A DNA stretch of 64,000 nucleotides from Anthoceros angustus (taxonomy: Eukaryota > Plantae > Anthocerotophyta), in NCBI GenBank assembly GCA_010909165.1, contig VJWM01000179.1, forward strand, positions 62,001-126,000. The letters run 5' to 3'. Below, piece by piece: positions 36,487 to 49,115 of the stretch. The notes beneath the pieces are model-generated. The model searched no databases. It was not told where the DNA came from and saw nothing but the letters and a program-made list of their open reading frames with translations. The position numbers were made by a program, and so were the translations under genes. The stretch's first letter is position 1, and the number at the start of each line of letters is the position of its first letter.

Positions 36487-39400
36487 TGTCGACATTAGCG
36501 TATCTTCACTTGGATGAAGGCAACCAAGTCAAGTGGGTTTCAAGTAGGATACATCATTTGTGACCTACCACTTGTCCTTTGTCATGGCATAATGATGCGG
36601 GCCATGTACTTGCAAGGATCATAATAGACAATGGGCCATGTTTATTGCCATTGGGTTATAATGTCCGCCCAAAGGAAAGCGGAAAACGAATGTAGGTGGC
36701 TGCCGCATTCACTCCTTCCCTCCTCCACCAAACCTTACGATAGTGAAATAACTACTTGGACCATGGTCATTCGATTGCATTGCGAACAATGGTCCTTGGA
36801 TCTCAAAAAGTAGTCAACATGTTCCACCACATATATTAATAACCATCCTTGGACCATGGTCATTTGCATTTGCGAACAATGGTCCTTGGATCTCGAATAA
36901 GTAGTCAACACTTTCCGACATATGCATTAACCATCCTTGGACCATGGTCATTTTGAACTCACAACCAACAACATCCATGGCCCATGGGCATCCGCTTTAA
37001 GTTGCCAAATTAGTCCTTGGGTCACGAACAAACCGCTATATATAAGTATGGGGACATGCCAACCGAACAAAAGGGTGTGCGCCAAAAGACAAACATGGCT
37101 AGGTGCGAGCCATGACGGCCGACACACGAGACAACACCATTCACCCATGGGCATCCAAGCATGCCAAATTGTCTTCACGAAGGCGCTCAAATCCGGGCTA
37201 TATATGTGAAGCACGGGACATGGCGCTTGGAATGTAGGTGACGCGCGCAGGACTCGTCGGCCGGAGCCGTGTGGCACGCATTATGGCTCGACACTTGACA
37301 TAGAAGGTAAAACCACCGATTCGGACGTTGTTCGTCCGTGGCATGGCATGTTGAACGGGCCATGGCATGAATGACCATACAACATCCTTGGCACATGGGC
37401 ATCCGAGCATTGTTACCAATTTCGTCCTTGGGTCACGTATTGTACAAATTGCTATATATGTGAAGCATGGGGACATGGGAGCTTCGTTCAAAGAGGTGAC
37501 GGTGTCCACGCAAAGACGGCATGGGGCATGCCATACACATGGGTATTCGGAGAACCGATGGAGGTGCGTGCGGGAAACATGGCATCTTGTGGCAAGGAGC
37601 CGTGTGGCATGTCCTTTCACGCCCTCCCTCCCTCCGTCACCACAAGGTTACCACCTTCGGAAAACCCATATCGTCACTTCAGCTTGCACTCGCTTGTCGG
37701 TTAGGTCTGCTCAGGCGCCGCAGTTGGCGTGGTTCTATGGTTTGGGACGTGGACAAGATTTGAGGTGTTCGTTAAGCCTACAACCCGCTACCATAACCGT
37801 GACTTGGTGTACATGTGAATCGTGCATGGGACCATAGCCCTTAGCAGTAGCGGGGGCAGGGTGCCAAATAGTCGACGCGGGCGTCGCCCGGTGGTCACCA
37901 CGGCGGTGGAATCCACCAGCGGTGGCGAATCCACCACGGGGGCGCAGTGGCGAATCCACCACCAGTGGCGAATCCACCAGCGGTGGCCGAACCCAGTGTG
38001 GGTTGACCTGTAGTTGATTATGGTGGGTAAGGCGGTGTAGAAGGACTAGAATCCATAGTTTTAGAACATCTTGACACAAAACCATTCCCTTGGGATCGAA
38101 TCCTAGGACTATAACGACATAGAGGGTAAATGTGGCCTCTTTGCGTCTCCGGATGCAAAACCATTCCACAGGTTACCCAACCGATGAATGCGATACCCAA
38201 TCATGGGGCTTGGCTTAAAAGTTGAAAGAGTTTTGGATGCGATGGAACTAGAACTCCGACTTTGGGTCGCTAGTGGACTCAAAGGCGAGAAGGACAAGGC
38301 GATTAATGTGGACCTTGTTGAAGAATGCGTATTCCATCAAGGAGTGCGATGAGAAGGTCATGGAGGCCATCCTAAAGCGTAATGTCATAGATGACGGGTG
38401 GATGGTGGGGCATTATCTTCCCCAAAGTTGCAAGAAGGCGAGGATGCTTGAGCATGATTCTGGTTAGGTCGTTGTCCGGGACTATTGTGTCTATTTTGTG
38501 ATAGCCTGAAGTTATGAACTTACTGATTTAAGTTCGTGGTTCTCTTTTTTTTTGCGGTGGCAAACCTTTGAGTTGAGGTCTTTGGGTGGAAAATTCTTAG
38601 ATGCCCTGTGTAGCATGTAGGGGGGAGTCTAATATTGTAGGATGTAGGTGCAATCCCGATTCGACCCCATAACCCACACACCCTTCACTCCTTCATTTTA
38701 CTACAACAGTGCACTTTACTACGCAATATAAATCAGTATTTACTTTACTACGGTCCTGTTTACATCAGTTTTACTACGTGCCTTATTTTGGTGACCATGG
38801 AAGACTCGAAGGAGCGGGAGGGTCTTTCGAAGGGCAAAGTGCCCTTTGGAGTTGATATTGCTTGCCGCAGGAGGAAGAGGAGGAGGCCACGAAACACCGC
38901 ACATGGGTCGAGAGGCCTGGGGACGAGGACACCACCGGCACCGAGGATGGTGAAAGCGGGAGGGAGGCAGGAGTGGAAATGGTGGTGAAGAGGACGAGGA
39001 CCTACCGACAACATTGACAGCAGGAGAGATAGGGGAGCGAGTTGGCCGGTAAGCCACTTGACGACATCATTGCCGTGGTGCAAGCATGGTCGTGGGGGTT
39101 TACATGGCCGTGAGCCTGTGTGTGATGGAGGGTGGGTGGAGAATGATGAGGAGGAAGAGCCCAGACGAGGAGGGACTGGTCCGGAAGGCCTTCCAGAGCG
39201 TGTTGGAGCTAGTGTGCGAAGATGCAGTTGATGGTACCATGGTCCACCCCACGACGAGAGACTTTGAGGGATGATTGGTGAGGAAGGTAGAGTACGAGTT
39301 CCCTAGTGTAGATCGCGAGGATATCGTGTCCAGGTTTGGGGCTTCGGACAAGAAACCACAACGCGTTGGCAAGAAGGTGCGACAGCGGTTATTTGGAGGA

Positions 39401-40070
39401 GAAGGGAAAGATGCGAAATGGCTGCACCCTCCGAACGCCGCACCAAGGCGTGGAGACGGCCGTGGAGCAAGCGGTGGTACGCGTTGCACAAGCACGGTGG
39501 TGTGTGGCCAACCCCACAACAAGCAACGACTTGCAAAGCACGAGCATGGGACCAATCCATTTGGTCCCATGGGAGCAAAAGAGTTCGAGAGAAGGTATGT
39601 CCAACGGTGGGAGGGAACGCACAAGACAAGAGTTGAAATGGGCTGCAAAACATGGATTGGAGAGCATGCCGAACTACTGGAGTGGTATGGCAATAGATCG
39701 GAGCCTTGGTGGAATAGCTAGTGGTCAAAGAAGGTGCGCCGTTGGAACATGAAGAGTGAGCGATGGCTGTGTGTTCATGGCTGCAGGTCAGAAGGAGAAG
39801 GAAAGGTATGTGGCAGGTGAAGGGCACGGAAAGATGGAAGGAACAATAGCATGTGCCGAGGGGGAAGGGGAAGGGAAGGTGGGAACGAGGACGGCATCAC
39901 GCTCAGGTGATGCCGGAGGCAGTGGGGATGGTGTGGAAGGTGGAGGTGTGAGTGCGTTGCCACCCACAAGACGAATCACAAGATCTGTCTCAAAAAGTGT
40001 GAGTTTGGTGGCAATGGCGGCAGGGATGAATCGAATGCGGATCCTTTTGCCTAACGTAACTTCTTGACGG
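36487..40070. mobile_element. Mosaic second copy of the outer CACTA family
   Basis: 36487-37800 is related to 1751-2667 plus 29141-29230. 37797-38790 copies 34660-35722. 38790-39901 copies 29850-30696 plus 36152-36486 without the insertion. Confidence 0.8.
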
Positions 40071-40636
40071 TGAATTATGCAGCCTATGGGGCCGGAGTGC
40101 AAGGCCCGAACGTGGAGGTTAGTAGCTCGAATGCGCACAAGGGTGGACATGAGCGGAGAAACGCAGGGGGCTGCTAGGCCAAAAGGGTCGTGCAAAAGAC
40201 GGATGTTGAAGATGCGAGGAGTCGACTCGGATGACGTCAAGAGCCGCCGCCACGGTGTGGTATGTGCAAGTCCATGACAGGCAATAAGCCTGGATTGATT
40301 TGTGTTGTGGACGCTGGTAGATATTGATGCCGCCTTTCTTGTTGCAAAGCGGGGAGCAAACGGCAAATGAAACGAGCGAGCGGCGCATCCAGGAGACATC
40401 CAGAAATCCGCCATCGTAGGTAACGTGGTTGGTGGAGGGGGAGTGCTTGTGGTGTGACTTCCAGACGCTTGAGTTGCGGTCGTCGAGGGGCGGGTGATGG
40501 TCGATCCTAAAACGAGAGGAAGGAGATGGTCATTCCATATTTCTGAATAGCGTTTACAGTGTCCTTCGATAAGTTTAGCAAGTTGTGGAATGAACCTCCA
40601 AAACAATGGCATATGTGCTGCAAGCCGCACATGTTC

Positions 40637-40637
<1 letters not shown>

Positions 40638-40679
<42 letters not shown>
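40638..40679. repeat. (TA)n microsatellite
   Basis: About 21 TA units. Confidence 0.98.
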
Positions 40680-40681
<2 letters not shown>

Positions 40682-40954
40682 ATTATACAATAAGCTTGCC
40701 AACCGTATATATAGATAGACATATAAATAATGTAGAATCCTACTATACATAATCAGGTAATAACAAGAGTTTCAGTTGTGTATTAGGGGCTTGAAAACAA
40801 AACCAGGTGTGAACACAAGGGTGCATTGAAGAGGCAAGGTAGATTAATCATAAATGCATGGCTATGCAAAGGAGGTAAGATGGAAAGAGAATGATACCCA
40901 CAGGGAGAGAGATAGAGTTACTGGTTACTGCTATGTACTGGAGCATTAACTAGG

Positions 40955-41420
40955 AGTGTGAGGTGAAAGGAGAGACCAGAAGCATGTTGTTAAGACGGTA
41001 AGAGGAAGTGGAGAAGAAAATCACAAACTTAACACCAAACCAACAAACTTAATGATAAGCTCTTAATCGTGAGGTGTAAGGTCAGGAGACCACTTGCATG
41101 TTGTTAAGATGGTGAGAGAAGGTGGAGGAGAAAATCACAAACTTAACACCAAGCCAGCTAACTTTTTAGGTGTTCCACATGGAAAGTGTTACATGAAATT
41201 GTAACAAAGGACTATAACATAAGCAGGTTTTTATTGTATATGTTTGAAATCATAAACAATGCTTGCGAGAGGGAGGTTGTACTTAGGAGGGTGAGGTGAT
41301 GAGAGAGAGAGCTAGGTTCATGTTAAGATGGTGACAGCATGAGAAGGGAATAGTGGCAAACTTAATACCAAGCCTACATAGCATGTTGCAATTTGGAAGT
41401 GTAACATAAAATTGCAACAA
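40955..41420. repeat. Three diverged ~90-110 bp direct repeats
   Basis: GTGAGGTG...TGTTAAGA(C/T)GGT...CAAACTTAA(C/T)ACCAA at ~40958, 41069 and 41291. Confidence 0.8.
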
Positions 41421-41558
41421 CGACTGTAACATAGGCTGCCTTTTCTAGTAGGGTATGGGTATGTTTTGCCAGCTAGGGTTTGCCAATAATGATGTCGTGG
41501 CACAAGGACGGCATTACAGTCAGCTTGAAGACTTCTGCAAAACCACCCGGGAAGGTGA

Positions 41559-41978
41559 TTAGTGCATCATCCACTTCTTCCCGCCGGTTTCATGCTCACC
41601 CATTACCCACTGGACACTGTCGGTGCGGATCACCTTTTCAAGGCTGTTAGACACATAGTGATGGGGCACCGAGTCCGTGGAGGGTGTGGCTCGGGCACCT
41701 TCTAGACTGACCTCTAGTTTGATGTGTACGAGGGTTAGGTAACTCTCTTGGACACTAGACTTTCCTGAGATTGCTGCTGTTGTGGCAGGGGTACTGACCT
41801 CGGTTGTGTTGATGGCATGTCCACTCTTGGGAGGGTTTGGGGTAGGTTGGCTCACTCTGGTGGTCTTCCCGGTTTCTCTCAACCAGTTGATGAAGTCCTT
41901 GCGGAAAGGGCAGTTCTTTGAACCATGATCCTGAGCCATGCAGGTGAAACACTTCCTCTGCTCACTGTATTCCTTCTT
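41559..41978 (-). pseudogene. Retroelement gag remnant with CCHC zinc knuckle
   Basis: CFTCMAQDHGSKNC (CX2CX4HX4C); truncated by the copia LTR at ~41979. Confidence 0.75.
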
Positions 41979-43253
41979 TATTAAGTAGTTAGTTGTTACA
42001 ACCACCTAGAGGTTAGAACTACTTATGGTTACAACCACCTTATGGTTGTAACCACCCAGCCTATATAATGGTTTTGTACTTTCAATTTCATAAGCAATGA
42101 AAACATCTTTTGCTAAGAGCAAGGCGTGATTTTCATCATGGTATCAGAGCACCTTGCTCTCCATTGTGCGTGCGCAGCTTCAAGCATCTAAGGAGCTTAT
42201 CTAGGAGGCACTTTTCAATCTAGCACCTTGCTAGCATCCTAGAATTGCTGCTCTTTTATGTTTTCTTCTCATGCTAACATTTCTTTTCTAACAATGCTTT
42301 TATGTACTAATTCCTTGTCCTCCCTCCATGGAAGTGTTTTCCCTTAGAAGGAGGTGGCCTAGAATTAGGAAAAGAGATTGCCCTGCAAGAAAACAAGAAC
42401 AAGTTAGGAGCAAGAACATTAGAAGCAATAGAAGTCCACACATCATTGCAGGAGAGATAGAAGAAACCTCTTCCTGCATAGCTAACTTCATTGTATCCAT
42501 TCTAATTTCTAAATCAGATCAAGGGAAGTTGATTAAGCTAGCTAGACGTGATTCGCTAGAAGTTCTTAGCCCAATCCACGTCAAAGCATTAGAGCTAGCA
42601 CTCCAACACATCCCGAATTTGAGAGTTGGTACTAACACTCCTAAATTTTCTAGTCTGCAAGGCCAAGACATAGAAACTCATAAAATTGACAACCTAGATA
42701 GACAACTATCATCTCTTAGAATCCAACATCTTGATCTCAAGGGAGAGCTAGCTAAACTAAGGACAAAGGTGTCCATCCTCTCTAAGTTGAAAGCTGTGCA
42801 GGAATTCAAGAGCAGGTCGTCATCTCCTGATGCAAGTTATTACGCAAGGGAGGAGTTTCGAGCATGCAATAGAGAAGAAGAAAAGTTGTACCGCCGAGGC
42901 TTAGTCCTCTAGATCGCCTGCTATGGCTGGAGTAGTTAACAACGAAGAAGAAGTACCAGCGTCACCAAACACACCAAGAATGGATCCTCTTGGAAATACT
43001 AATCATACTTTGATTAATCATTATGGTGACAGCTTTAAAGAGAAGGACAGGTTCAATGGAAAGAATTATTATGTTTGGGCTATACGGATGAAAGGAGCCT
43101 TACGACAACGAGATCTCTGGGACATAGTTGAAGGAAGACTTCCCAGACCCACTGAAAGATTTGAAGCACTCCTTCGAACCTCCTGGGACGCCAGAGACGA
43201 GAAGGCGCAAGATCTTATCATCAGTGGACTTTCGGAGCAGATGGTGATACAAG
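41979..43253 (+). mobile_element. Ty1/copia element 3, 5' portion: LTR (~41979-42138), tRNA-iMet PBS, extra ORF, gag N-terminus
   Basis: ...CATCA followed by TGGTATCAGAGC (42139-42150). Gag from 42923: DRFNGKNYYVWAIRMKGALRQRDLWDIVEG...WDARDEKAQDLII. Cut at ~43254 by a CACTA-like end. Confidence 0.9.
42328..42912 (+). CDS. 194-aa ORF between PBS and gag, predicted coiled coil, unknown function
   Basis: Stop-free ORF ending 10 nt before the gag ATG; heptad-like IDNLDRQLSSLRIQHLDLKGELAKLRTKVSIL. Confidence 0.5.
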   Translation: MEVFSLRRRWPRIRKRDCPARKQEQVRSKNIRSNRSPHIIAGEIEETSSCIANFIVSILISKSDQGKLIKLARRDSLEVLSPIHVKALELALQHIPNLRVGTNTPKFSSLQGQDIETHKIDNLDRQLSSLRIQHLDLKGELAKLRTKVSILSKLKAVQEFKSRSSSPDASYYAREEFRACNREEEKLYRRGLVL

Positions 43254-46200
43254 CTTGTATAGGAAAACAGGCCTTTTACTATAGGCTGTTTTTTAGAACA
43301 GGGGAAGATTTCAGGCTCAAGTCGATTTACAACGGGGCTTCATGGTTCATGGATTATTTTCTTGTATAGCCATTCGTGTTACTACAGGAGCTCTAGTGTT
43401 TTACTACGGGGAGTATTTAGCCACTGGCTATTCTAATGACGTGGCATATCGAAAGCTACTTTACTACGAGGGCTCTTCTTGGTTGCAACATGCATAGATC
43501 CTAGCAATGATTTTACAACAATGAATGTGCTGTTTACAACAACGCTCGTAGTAAACACCATCACGTCTGTTTACAACGATTTTCTTTTACAACGGCCCAT
43601 GGTCTACTAACAAGGGGAAGTGGTTTACAACGCATTGTCTGGTTTTACAACGGGGCTTTTACAACGCAGACATACATACCTTACAACAACACGCCGGTTT
43701 ACATCAAGGATCAAGGGTATGTGAGCATTCATGTGCATATGGTATAGGGTTTAGGGAAGGGTTCAGGAACTCGAATGAAAAGGTGGCCGCGCTTTACTGA
43801 GAAACATGCTCACCCAAAAACCATGGGTCGGTCACCAAAACCACACACAACATCAACACCAGGTACCCGCTCTAAACGTAAAGTCGCGGCCTCGTCTGGG
43901 GCCTCGACGCGCTCGTTCGATTTTTTTTCGGGGGGAGCAGGGTGGAATTCTAGAGAGAAATTAACTTGTTGGTCATTTATTTACTGAATACAGTAAAATT
44001 TATAACAACAGAGTAGAAAATAATGTCATGTAGGGTGAAAATAATCCACTATCCACATGTTGAAACCATAGCAGTAGGGTAGAAAAAAATAACCACCAAG
44101 TGAAAACCAGGTACATCTAGATAGAAGCCCATTCTAGAAATCCCACCAAAATCGCTAAATCTTCAGTTTAATAATATTCATTGAGATTACCAGTTCGCAC
44201 AAAAAATAACAAACAGCCTTTAAATCCAAAGAACTAACCGGCCAAGAATAGATTTGGACCTTGAGCTATCTGTGAGGCAAGATGCAATGTTATGAACAGC
44301 GCAGAAACCAAATACTGTTCTTTAATTAAAGACAGACAAAAAAACACCTGTTCCCAAAGACCAGTACACGACAGAACAATAGATGCTTGCAAATCCTATA
44401 TAAGGTTAGAAACACAGACACAACACAATCTTACCGAATTTCAGCAACGCATCCTGAACCAAGTGATAAACCAAACCCCAAAGCGATGCATTGGCCACAT
44501 GGTTATAAGCAACTGAAAAGTCGAGCACCTCACACAAATTGTATCTCGAACCAAAGATGAACAAAACCTGGAGAACTTACAACAAAAACCACGAAAACTT
44601 ACAACGTGTATTGGAGCTTTTTAGAATGACTTCCAGGAGTTTCCAGACTTACTCCTAATGGTCTCCACCGACCAGAATTTCCTAAAAAGGCAAGTCGAGC
44701 GTAAGACTACGAGGAAATGGAAACAGACAGACACAACAGGTATAAACAGCAAAGCAGTTACAGTTCTCAACACGATAAAACAACGGAAGAACACACAGAA
44801 CCAACATGAAACAAGAACAAAGCAAGGAGCAAGTAACGCCTTCGAGAGAGCAAGTAAGATGCAACGCATACGGGGCGTAAGTCAAAAGACAACGAAAGTA
44901 AACAGAGCAGCATACTGAACAAGTGAAACCGCACTGACGTAACCACATGCAAGAAACCACATATACAGAGGTGAAAAGCCAAGACACCACAGCCAGCCAG
45001 AAGCAAACCTAATCATAGAGCCAGCCGCACCGGCAACGATAACCAGAGTGACCGGAAAACAAATCAAGAACAGGCGCAACACCAGAGAACAACAAGACAC
45101 CATACCGAAACAAGCAATCATGAAGCAGCAAGTTGGCCTTTAACCTCCAGAAACCTTGGCCTTCGAAACCAAAATAACCTTGGCCTTCGGGAAGAGGCAG
45201 ATGGCCTTCTGAATCAAAAACAAAGTCACCTTCACAACTAAAATACAACACCAAAAACAAAGTCACCTTCACAACTGAAATACAACACCAAAACTACACC
45301 GGACCTTGGCCTTCGGACATACCTATCCTGCAAACAAGACGCAAACCAAGAGACCCTTGGCCTTCGGGCATGCAAACCTATGCCGACAAGACAAAAGGAG
45401 CAAACACAGGAAGACCTTGGCCTTCGGAGCAGGCCGTCGAAAAGACCTCAGCCTACGGAGAAAGCCCTTAAATAGCCTACGAAACCTAGGTTTCATCCCT
45501 CTGTCGGCGCCGCCGTTCTCTCTCTACCAGGCCTCATTTGAATTTCCCGAACCTAAACTTCCGAGCCAGAGTCCAAACCTAACTAAGTCCGCGATTGGTT
45601 CGCCGCCGCCGCCCTACCTTTCCAAACCTAGCCCGACTTTGCCAAACCTAGCCTTGAACCACCAAACCTAACCTCGAACCTCAAAACGGCGGGGCGTAAC
45701 ACGAAGCTCCCGACGGGAAGCATCTAGCAGCTGGGAATGGAGCCGCCAGGAGCCGGGGGGCAGAGTTGGAGCAAACGTAATTGCAGGCCCACTTCCTCGG
45801 CTATGGCATTGAGTTCCTAGCTCCAAAGAATAATAAGAATAAAGAAGCTGCTTGAGCTGCTCGAGCAACAAGTAGTTGCAAGCCGAGGCCTCCAGCTCTC
45901 CAGCTCTCCAGCTCTCCAGCTCTCCAGCTCCGCCCGCGGCGCCACTTGATCCGGGCGCCTTGCTCACCAATCTCCGCCTCGCCGCCTGCTCGCCTCACGC
46001 TCCGCCGACCAAAGGCAATCCCACAGCGGGACCTCGACCGCCGACCATCCTCCGCTTTCTTTGCCCGGCCCCGCGGGGTAGACCATGGCTGGATCGAGTC
46101 CAAGATCGCCGCCTGGGGCCGGCGTGCCTCGCCAAGCCGCCTGCGGGCTGTGGAAGTCTGTGGAGTAGGCGGAAGGCGTGGCGCGCCAGCGCAGCATTGG

Positions 46201-47660
46201 CGGTGAGTTGGGTGCCAAGCTTTCGGATGTAATCATTTGGGTTGTGGTTGATGGGTTGTGGTGTTGAGGTGAAGCGATTGGATCCATTTCTCATGCTCGA
46301 CTATGTTACCGATGAAAAGGAAGGAGGAAGGTGTCAAATTGTGAATTGGGAAGTTCGGTGTGTGGTGTGCTTGCCAGACGCGTTGTTTACAGCGTTTCTC
46401 TTCTGAGCTTTCCGGACCATCCGCATCGGGGTGTGTATGGTCAAGTAGCGAGTTCGGTGGCGGACGCCACGATGTTTGCAATTTGGGTCTTCAAGAGGGT
46501 GCGGCAAGAAGGCGTGTCGAGCCGAAATGGTTTCTCCGGCGAGTTGAGAGAACAAGACATTCACCGGCACCGCTTCCGACCTCAAGGCAACTAAAGGCCA
46601 GCCTGCTACGCACAACATTCATGACACAAGCTTGTAGGAGGTTCATAATTTCTGGAACTCCACCGCGATCCGTGGGTGTATCTTTGTTATCGTGGATTTG
46701 TGTCATGAGCTGAAAAAGTGCATGGGATCGAGCTGCCTCTTGAAGTTGCGTCGCCTCATTTTCCGATCTCGCGGTGTTTGAAATTGCGTGAGCAAGATTT
46801 CTTGGTGTGCAAGTTGTGAGCGGAGTCGTGCGGTGTTGTGCAATTGGCGCCCGGTGATCGCTGCGTTGCTTCCCATCCCGATTGCGAAGCCTCAAAGTAT
46901 AACGTAGTGTTCGTGAAATTGTTACCGACACAAACCATTGTTCCTTGCATGCATCGGCATGTCCGTCCGGCAGTTACATCGTTGTGTCCTTGGTCGACTT
47001 TGCGTGGCGGACTGAGCTCGGACCCGATCCAACGCGATTACTGGCCGAGTCGGAGGTGAGGAGAGGACTTGATTGACTGCACCGCCGGATATCTCAGCGG
47101 ATCTCGCTCGGCGTTGATCTTGTCGGAGATGTGTTGTCAGTGAAAGTCTACTACCGATTGTAGGATGTTTTTTACAACAGACCTCTGTAGATTTTACAAC
47201 AAACTTGTTTCATTGCAACGCATTAAGTTTACAACGGACCCCTATCTCTACTCCCGAAACTTTACAACGAGGGCCTTTTACAATGGGCTTCGTTGTAAAC
47301 GCCTAGCTACTTTTAAACGAACCCTGTACATCAGGGTTCATTTACAACAAGGTCCGTTGTAAAAGTGCATACTTATTACAACAGGGCTCGTGCGAAAGTT
47401 ACGCATGATTACAATGGCCATTCAGTTAGGTTAATCATGGTTAAGTAACGCAAATTAGTTTGTGGAAATCCAGTTACTTAACCCCAGTTAATAAACTGCG
47501 GTCAATAGTACTTAACTCTAGTATATTGACCATGGTTATTGAAGTTGTAAAATGCGTTGTAAGTGTATCGTAGTAATGTTCGCTGTAAAGGGGTTCCGTT
47601 GTAAAGTTTAACCAGTGTACGCACCACTAGTCAAGCCATACACCGTATACGGTGGACAAA
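43254..47660. mobile_element. Degenerate non-autonomous CACTA element related to 30697-36151
   Basis: Decayed left end (TAGGAAAA...TTTTACTA); TTACAAC/TTACTAC arrays at 43270-43700 and 47165-47610; the right block parallels 35630-36030; right TIR missing. Confidence 0.68.
45130..45930. repeat. Cluster of short repeats: TTGGCCTTCG (~5x), ~38-bp direct repeat 45218-45293, (CTCCAGCT)n 45890-45930
   Basis: Directly visible. Confidence 0.8.
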
Positions 47661-47702
47661 TAGGTGATGCTTGAACAGGATAGGAGATAAAATGTCTTAG
47701 AA

Positions 47703-49115
47703 TCAGCCATTTGTGTCTTGCATTTCACGACTGGACCACAAGAAAGTAGCTATGTTGTTACGAAGTTGGTCACCATCTGCATCTATATTGTGACAAGAGA
47801 TAGTTCGGTAGCCAGCATCATGTGTCTGCTGGTCATCATTTTCTGTCATAGCCATCTCTTCATGGTCAATCAGCACGTTATGTAGGTAGCAGCAGCACAT
47901 CAAGAGTGCCCACAATGTGTCAAAGTCAGTCTTCCAAATGGTTCTCCCTAACATTCTCCACGTGCCTTTAAGCTTACCGAATGGTCGTTCTACCACTATG
48001 CGGGTAGAAGAATGCTTGAAATTGAAGTAGTCTTTCTTCACATAAATATTTCTTCCCGGAAATGTTGTAAGGAGCCACGGTAGTGAGGGGTATCCCGCGT
48101 CTCCCACAATGTACTCCCTGAAACTGAAGTTGCTCACATCAATGTGCTCACCATTCAGAATATCTCCTGCCATAGCTTTTCGATAGAGGCCTGAATTACT
48201 CAAGATCCTTGCATCATTTACAGAACCCGGAAACCCAGCGAACACATTTATAAAACGCATCTTCATGTCAACTACCCCTTGGATGTAGATACTGTAATCA
48301 TGATTACGATCGAAGTAATCAGTTGCCATTTCCTGGGACATGAGCTCCATTTTGATGTGTGTTAGGTCAACAGCAGTTGACTAATCCTTGATGCTTTCAA
48401 ATTCTGCCTTGCAGGTAGCTAGAGCTTCTCCTTGTGGCCAAGCAATGTGGTGTCTCCCTCTTCTGATCATGGCTCTTGTGAATCGCCACACAATTTTCGA
48501 AGCTGTAGATTCAGCTACACCGAAGAGTTCCCCAATCGACTTGAGAGTATCCCCTGTGGCAAGTCTTCTGATTGCTAGAGCCACTTGGATGTCAACCAAT
48601 AATTGCCTGTTTGGAATCCGTCGTAGAGCTAATGGTGTCTTCCTAGTTAGATCCACAGCCCCCAAGCTACACACATACTCAAATGTGGCAGATGTCATTC
48701 TAAAAAACTCTCTGAAACGCTCAGGATTAGCTGTCCATGTTGCTTCCTTAAAAAGGGACCATCAAGCCAAACTCCTGTCCTTGATATATTGGTCACTAGG
48801 AGTACGTCGCTTGTGTGAAAGAACTGAAATGTGAGTGGAAGCAAGAAGGAACATCATGGAAGAAACTGTGGTATGTGCACCTTCCTTAGCATTCACTTGC
48901 GCTGCTTGCATGCATGAAGGAAGCCCTTTAGGTTGATGGTGAAGATAATTTATTGCAGCAGGCAATGCAATTGCTGAAGCAAGAGCTGAACACACAACGA
49001 GCTTTTTATTCTTATCATGGCTACACATAGAATTAATGTCCTGAGCGGTCGCGCGCTGAGCTGCATCACGGGCTTCCATCGGTAGGCGCTCAAAGTGAAG
49101 AATAAGCAATCGCAC
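47703..49115 (-). pseudogene. PIF/Harbinger DDE transposase (HARBI1/ALP1-like), two in-frame stops
   Basis: ORFs 48762-49115, 48381-48698 and 47703-48350 share one frame. Motifs FRMTSATFEYVCSL, QVALAIRRLATGD, FGVAESTAS, AVDLTHI, GFPGSVNDARIL, IVGDAGYP, FNFKHSSTRIVVERPFGKLKGTWR, CCYLHN. Confidence 0.93.

Noticed and set aside
39788-40750. 320-aa minus-strand ORF
   Set aside because: It reads through the (TA)n microsatellite and is antisense to purine-rich TE sequence.
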